Shown piece by piece: positions 51,511 to 54,518 of a stretch of 54,518 bases of DNA. The DNA is from Candidatus Nanopelagicales bacterium (GTDB lineage Bacteria; Actinomycetota; Actinomycetes; S36-B12): the NCBI GenBank assembly GCA_041675125.1, contig JBAYUM010000002.1:1-54518 (forward strand). The letters are read 5' to 3'. A program made the position numbers and the translations under genes. The first letter of the stretch is position 1. Each line of letters opens with the position of its first letter. The notes below the pieces were generated by a model. The model saw only the letters and a program-made list of their open reading frames with translations, had not been told where the DNA came from and did not search any database.

Positions 51511-52002
51511 ATGAGCAGCATCCCCACGACGTGGCTGACCCAAGAGGCCTATGACCGCTTGCAAAGTGAGCTGGCAGACCGCACTGGTCCCAGGCGCGCC
51601 GAGATCACCAAGCGCATCGAGTTGGCACGCGAGGAGGGCGATCTCAAGGAGAACGGCGGCTACCACGCTGCTCGAGAGGAGCAGGGCAAGAACGAGGCCC
51701 GTGTTCGCCAGTTGAAGCAGCTGCTCGAGAACTCGCAGATCGGTGCGCCCGAGTCCGAGGCTGACGAGGTTGCGCCCGGCAAGGTCATCACCATCCTGTT
51801 CACCGCCTTCGGTGACGAGGAGACCTTCCTGCTGGGTTCCCGCGAGGAGGCTGCACATGCCTCGATCGAGGTGTACTCGCCGACCTCGCCACTGGGATCA
51901 GCCGTTCTGGGCAAGCGCATCGGCGACACTGCCACCTACGCACTGGCCAACGGCAAGGAGATGTCCGTCGAGATCCGCAACGTGGAGTCGTACGCGCACT
52001 AA
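51511..52002 (+). CDS. greA: transcription elongation factor GreA
   Basis: WLTQEAYDRLQSEL...EGDLKENGGYHAAREEQ. It is trimmed to ATG 51511. Confidence 0.9.
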   Translation: MSSIPTTWLTQEAYDRLQSELADRTGPRRAEITKRIELAREEGDLKENGGYHAAREEQGKNEARVRQLKQLLENSQIGAPESEADEVAPGKVITILFTAFGDEETFLLGSREEAAHASIEVYSPTSPLGSAVLGKRIGDTATYALANGKEMSVEIRNVESYAH

Positions 52003-52811
52003 CGAGTGATGGCTTGCGTTGTCGGCAGTTCGCCCTGTCGCGACAGCCGAGCGGCATCGGCCGCATTGCGGCCGGCCTGGGTCGCGCTCCCGCGATCACT
52101 GCGCATCTGGCCCGAGTAGCCGCGCCAGCTTCCGCGAGCCGTGCTCTGGCTCCGATGGAAGTCGGCGATCTCCTGCGACTTCTGGCGCAGTACGAGAGCC
52201 TGCTCGGAATGTCGAGGCGATGGAGCCTGCACCACGGCCTCCCGAGTCTCCTGCAGTCGCTCGCCTATTCGATCGACATAGGCCCTGTAGAACGCAACAC
52301 GCACGGTGTGCGCGGTGTGCTCTCGCACAGTGCGCACAGCGCGTCCCCGCACTCGCATAACAGAGACATAGGTGTCTCCCCGCCAACTGCCCTGCTTGAC
52401 CCATCGGTGTCCCGCATTGATCATCTGCACCGCAAGCGAGGTGAACAGGGCTGCGACGACTTCGAGATCAGTCGGCATGCCATAGGCGACGACGAAAGTG
52501 GAGTTCGCCGCTATGTCGACGTTGACGTCATTGGCGTGCGCAGTGGCAACGAACAAGGCGATCAGATGCTGATTGGCTCGCCTGCCCTTCTCGCCGATGG
52601 AAATGGTGCGCATCTCTGGTCGAGTTCGCTCCTCCCGCTTGGCGATATGCGCCTGCGCGAGCGCCAGATCGATGCTGGCTGCAGTCGCCAGGGACTGAGC
52701 CTTCAACAAGTAGGCCTCTGCCTCGTGCTCATTGTCGGTGCGCTCCGCCTTGGCCAGCAGGGCACTGATGCGCTCAAGCGGCATGGAACACCGCCAGGCC
52801 GGCACCGTCAT
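51999..52811 (-). CDS. DUF2786-domain protein
   Basis: LERISALLAKAERTDNEHEAEAYLLKAQSLA N-terminal signature. The start is ATG 52784 or 52811, both inside the upstream ORF. Confidence 0.7.
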   Translation of the reverse strand: MTVPAWRCSMPLERISALLAKAERTDNEHEAEAYLLKAQSLATAASIDLALAQAHIAKREERTRPEMRTISIGEKGRRANQHLIALFVATAHANDVNVDIAANSTFVVAYGMPTDLEVVAALFTSLAVQMINAGHRWVKQGSWRGDTYVSVMRVRGRAVRTVREHTAHTVRVAFYRAYVDRIGERLQETREAVVQAPSPRHSEQALVLRQKSQEIADFHRSQSTARGSWRGYSGQMRSDRGSATQAGRNAADAARLSRQGELPTTQAITR

Positions 52812-53280
52812 ACGAGGCTCTCAGGAGCAGTGCCGCCTCAGCCCCGAATGCAGTCTCAGCGAGTCGCACCATGGCGAGCCGGAAATGCTGATCATGGACC
52901 GCATCGCACTCATGCCACGAGCAGTGGTGCGCCAGTTCGTGCATGAGCACGGCCTCGCGGCAGGCCCATGGCTGCTCGACCGGTATCGCAATCACTCCGT
53001 CCGGCTCATAGTGGGCACGGCTGTGGCCACGGCGCGCACGCACCTGGACGGGACCGACTCTCGGATATGCCGCGCAGACGGCAGCACTGGTCAACCACAG
53101 GGCAGCCAGGTCCTGCATCGCCTGGAGACTCCCGAGAATGCGCTGGGTCGGCAGCGTGAACGACGAGCCGAAGAAATCCACGAACCCACCGCGATCCAGC
53201 GCGCGTGACCAGGAATCCTCGACCGAATACACGGCCGCTCGATCAGCATCAATCATCTTCGAACGCCCACGGCCAGCCAT
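52774..53280 (-). CDS. minimal HExxH zincin (SprT-like; TIGR04338-like putative metallohydrolase)
   Basis: LMHELAHH is followed by HDQHFRLAMVRL. 168 aa. Confidence 0.6.
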   Translation of the reverse strand: MAGRGRSKMIDADRAAVYSVEDSWSRALDRGGFVDFFGSSFTLPTQRILGSLQAMQDLAALWLTSAAVCAAYPRVGPVQVRARRGHSRAHYEPDGVIAIPVEQPWACREAVLMHELAHHCSWHECDAVHDQHFRLAMVRLAETAFGAEAALLLRASYDGAGLAVFHAA

Positions 53281-53304
53281 ATCCCGAGGATAGGGTCACC
53301 AGCA

Positions 53305-54518
53305 ATGACTTCCTGGCGTCCACATCACATCGTGCAGCGTTCACCGCTGTTCAAAGACCTGCCGACCGAGGTTGCCGTGCTCTCGGTCATCTCATTCTTC
53401 GTTGCGATCGGCTTCGGCATCCTGGCCCCGGCAATTCCGGTATTCGCCAGGTCCTTCGGAGTCTCGGCACTCGAGGCCAGTGCGGTCATCTCAGGCATGG
53501 CCCTGACGCGCTTCGTCATGTCGCCGTTGTCCGGCGTGCTCGCCAATCGATGGGGCGAACGCCTGGTCCTCTCGACCGGCCTGATCCTCGTGGCGATCAC
53601 GAGCTTTGCCGCCGGCATGAGCCAGACCTACTGGCAGTTGCTCTTCTGGCGCGGCCTGACCGGCGTGGGCTCGTCCATGTTCACCGTGTCGGCAATGGCC
53701 CTCCTGCTGCGCGTGTCGCAGCCCGATCAGCGAGGCCGCGCGGCCAGCGCCTTCCAGGGCGGCTTCCTGCTCGGTGGAGTGGCGGGCCCGGCCTTCGGCG
53801 GCCTGATCGTCGCCTGGTCGATTCGCGCGCCGTTCTTCATCTATGCAGGCAGTCTGGCCATCGCCTCAGTCGTCAGCATGGTGTTCCTGTCCAAGGCTCA
53901 CCTGAATGAGCGTGAGGAACTCGTGTCGCACGGTCAGGCGAAAAGTGAGCAGACCCTGCGCGGGGCTATGGGCGATGGCGCCTACCGTGCTGCCCTCATC
54001 GTCAACATGGTCACCGGATTCGTCTCATTCGGCATGCGCATCTCGATCGTTCCGCTGTTCATCACCGAAGGTCTGGAGCGCGGAGCCTCACTGGCCGGCT
54101 TCGGCTTCCTGCTCGCGGCCGTCGTCCAGGCAGTCCTGCTCATGCCTGCTGGCCGTATCGCTGACACCCAGGGCCGTCGCAAGGCCCTGCGCATCGGCAG
54201 CGTCGGCCTCACGATCGGCATGGTCATCCTCACCGTGTCCGACATCCTCAATAACGGCTTCGGCACTTCCTCGCTCATCGGCCCTGCCCTGTTCTTCCTG
54301 TCGATGGCCGTCCAGGGCGTGTCCGCAGCGTTCCTGGGCTCAGCCCCGGCGGCCGTTGTCGGTGACATCGTCGGCGGCAAGCGCGGCGGCATCGTGATCG
54401 CCACCTTCCAGATGACCTCGGACCTCGGCATGATTCTGGGGCCGCTGGCCGCCGGCGCCCTGGTCGACCTGCTCGACTACGACTGGGCCTTCGGCGTCGG
54501 TGCGCTGCTCTCGCTGGT
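53305..54518 (+). CDS. MFS transporter; 3' end runs off the window
   Basis: Absent from the ORF track. My translation from ATG 53305 reads MTSWRPHHIVQRSPLFKDLPTEVAVLSVISFFVAIGFGILAPAIPVF...GVLANRWGER (MFS motif A-like)...GRIADTQGRRKAL. About 12 TM helices. Confidence 0.8.
   Translation, partial: MTSWRPHHIVQRSPLFKDLPTEVAVLSVISFFVAIGFGILAPAIPVFARSFGVSALEASAVISGMALTRFVMSPLSGVLANRWGERLVLSTGLILVAITSFAAGMSQTYWQLLFWRGLTGVGSSMFTVSAMALLLRVSQPDQRGRAASAFQGGFLLGGVAGPAFGGLIVAWSIRAPFFIYAGSLAIASVVSMVFLSKAHLNEREELVSHGQAKSEQTLRGAMGDGAYRAALIVNMVTGFVSFGMRISIVPLFITEGLERGASLAGFGFLLAAVVQAVLLMPAGRIADTQGRRKALRIGSVGLTIGMVILTVSDILNNGFGTSSLIGPALFFLSMAVQGVSAAFLGSAPAAVVGDIVGGKRGGIVIATFQMTSDLGMILGPLAAGALVDLLDYDWAFGVGALLSL

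Noticed and set aside
53205-53909. 234-aa plus-strand ORF, and the 53906-54397 ORF, over the MFS gene
   Set aside because: Both are in the wrong frame. The frame starting at ATG 53305 gives a continuous 12-TM MFS protein with the motif-A-like G-x-L-A-N-R-W-G-E-R. It is missing from the track only because it has no stop in the window.

Overview
High-GC Actinomycetota chromosomal segment, densely packed: about 65 protein genes, with no rRNA, tRNA, CRISPR array, transposase or integrase visible. Mycothiol genes (mshB, mca, a DinB/MDMPI-type enzyme) place it among the mycothiol-producing actinobacteria. From memory, the gene order reads like several conserved M. tuberculosis blocks joined together: rhlE/soj-like; mgtE-like/DUF1003/mrp/tatB/htrA; folP2/DUF3117; dapE/dapD; fdx-dapC; mshB; typA; and ychF-ispH-xseAB-glpX-fumarase-phoH2-Z-prenyl synthase-DUF255-mca-greA. 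Most of the window is therefore ordinary housekeeping. I found no large, clearly novel multi-gene system. The best small candidates for something undescribed are: (1) a vapBC module whose antitoxin carries an extra N-terminal domain, behind an AT-rich promoter at a synteny breakpoint (28.4-29.3 kb); (2) an overlapping SprT-like HExxH metallohydrolase + DUF2786 pair (52.0-53.3 kb); (3) a degenerate HNH-like zinc-finger protein inside a co-directional methyltransferase/DUF255/prenyl-synthase string (44.9-45.4 kb); (4) a ~200-nt multi-hairpin region ahead of a secreted Rpf-like protein (40.45-40.65 kb); (5) a Cys-rich protein + DUF1801-HhH operon (27.2-28.35 kb). All family calls come from reading motifs in the translations by eye. 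Family names and Rv numbers are recalled, not searched. Many ORF-track entries are over-extended at the 5' end or are antisense GC artefacts, and I have trimmed or rejected them.
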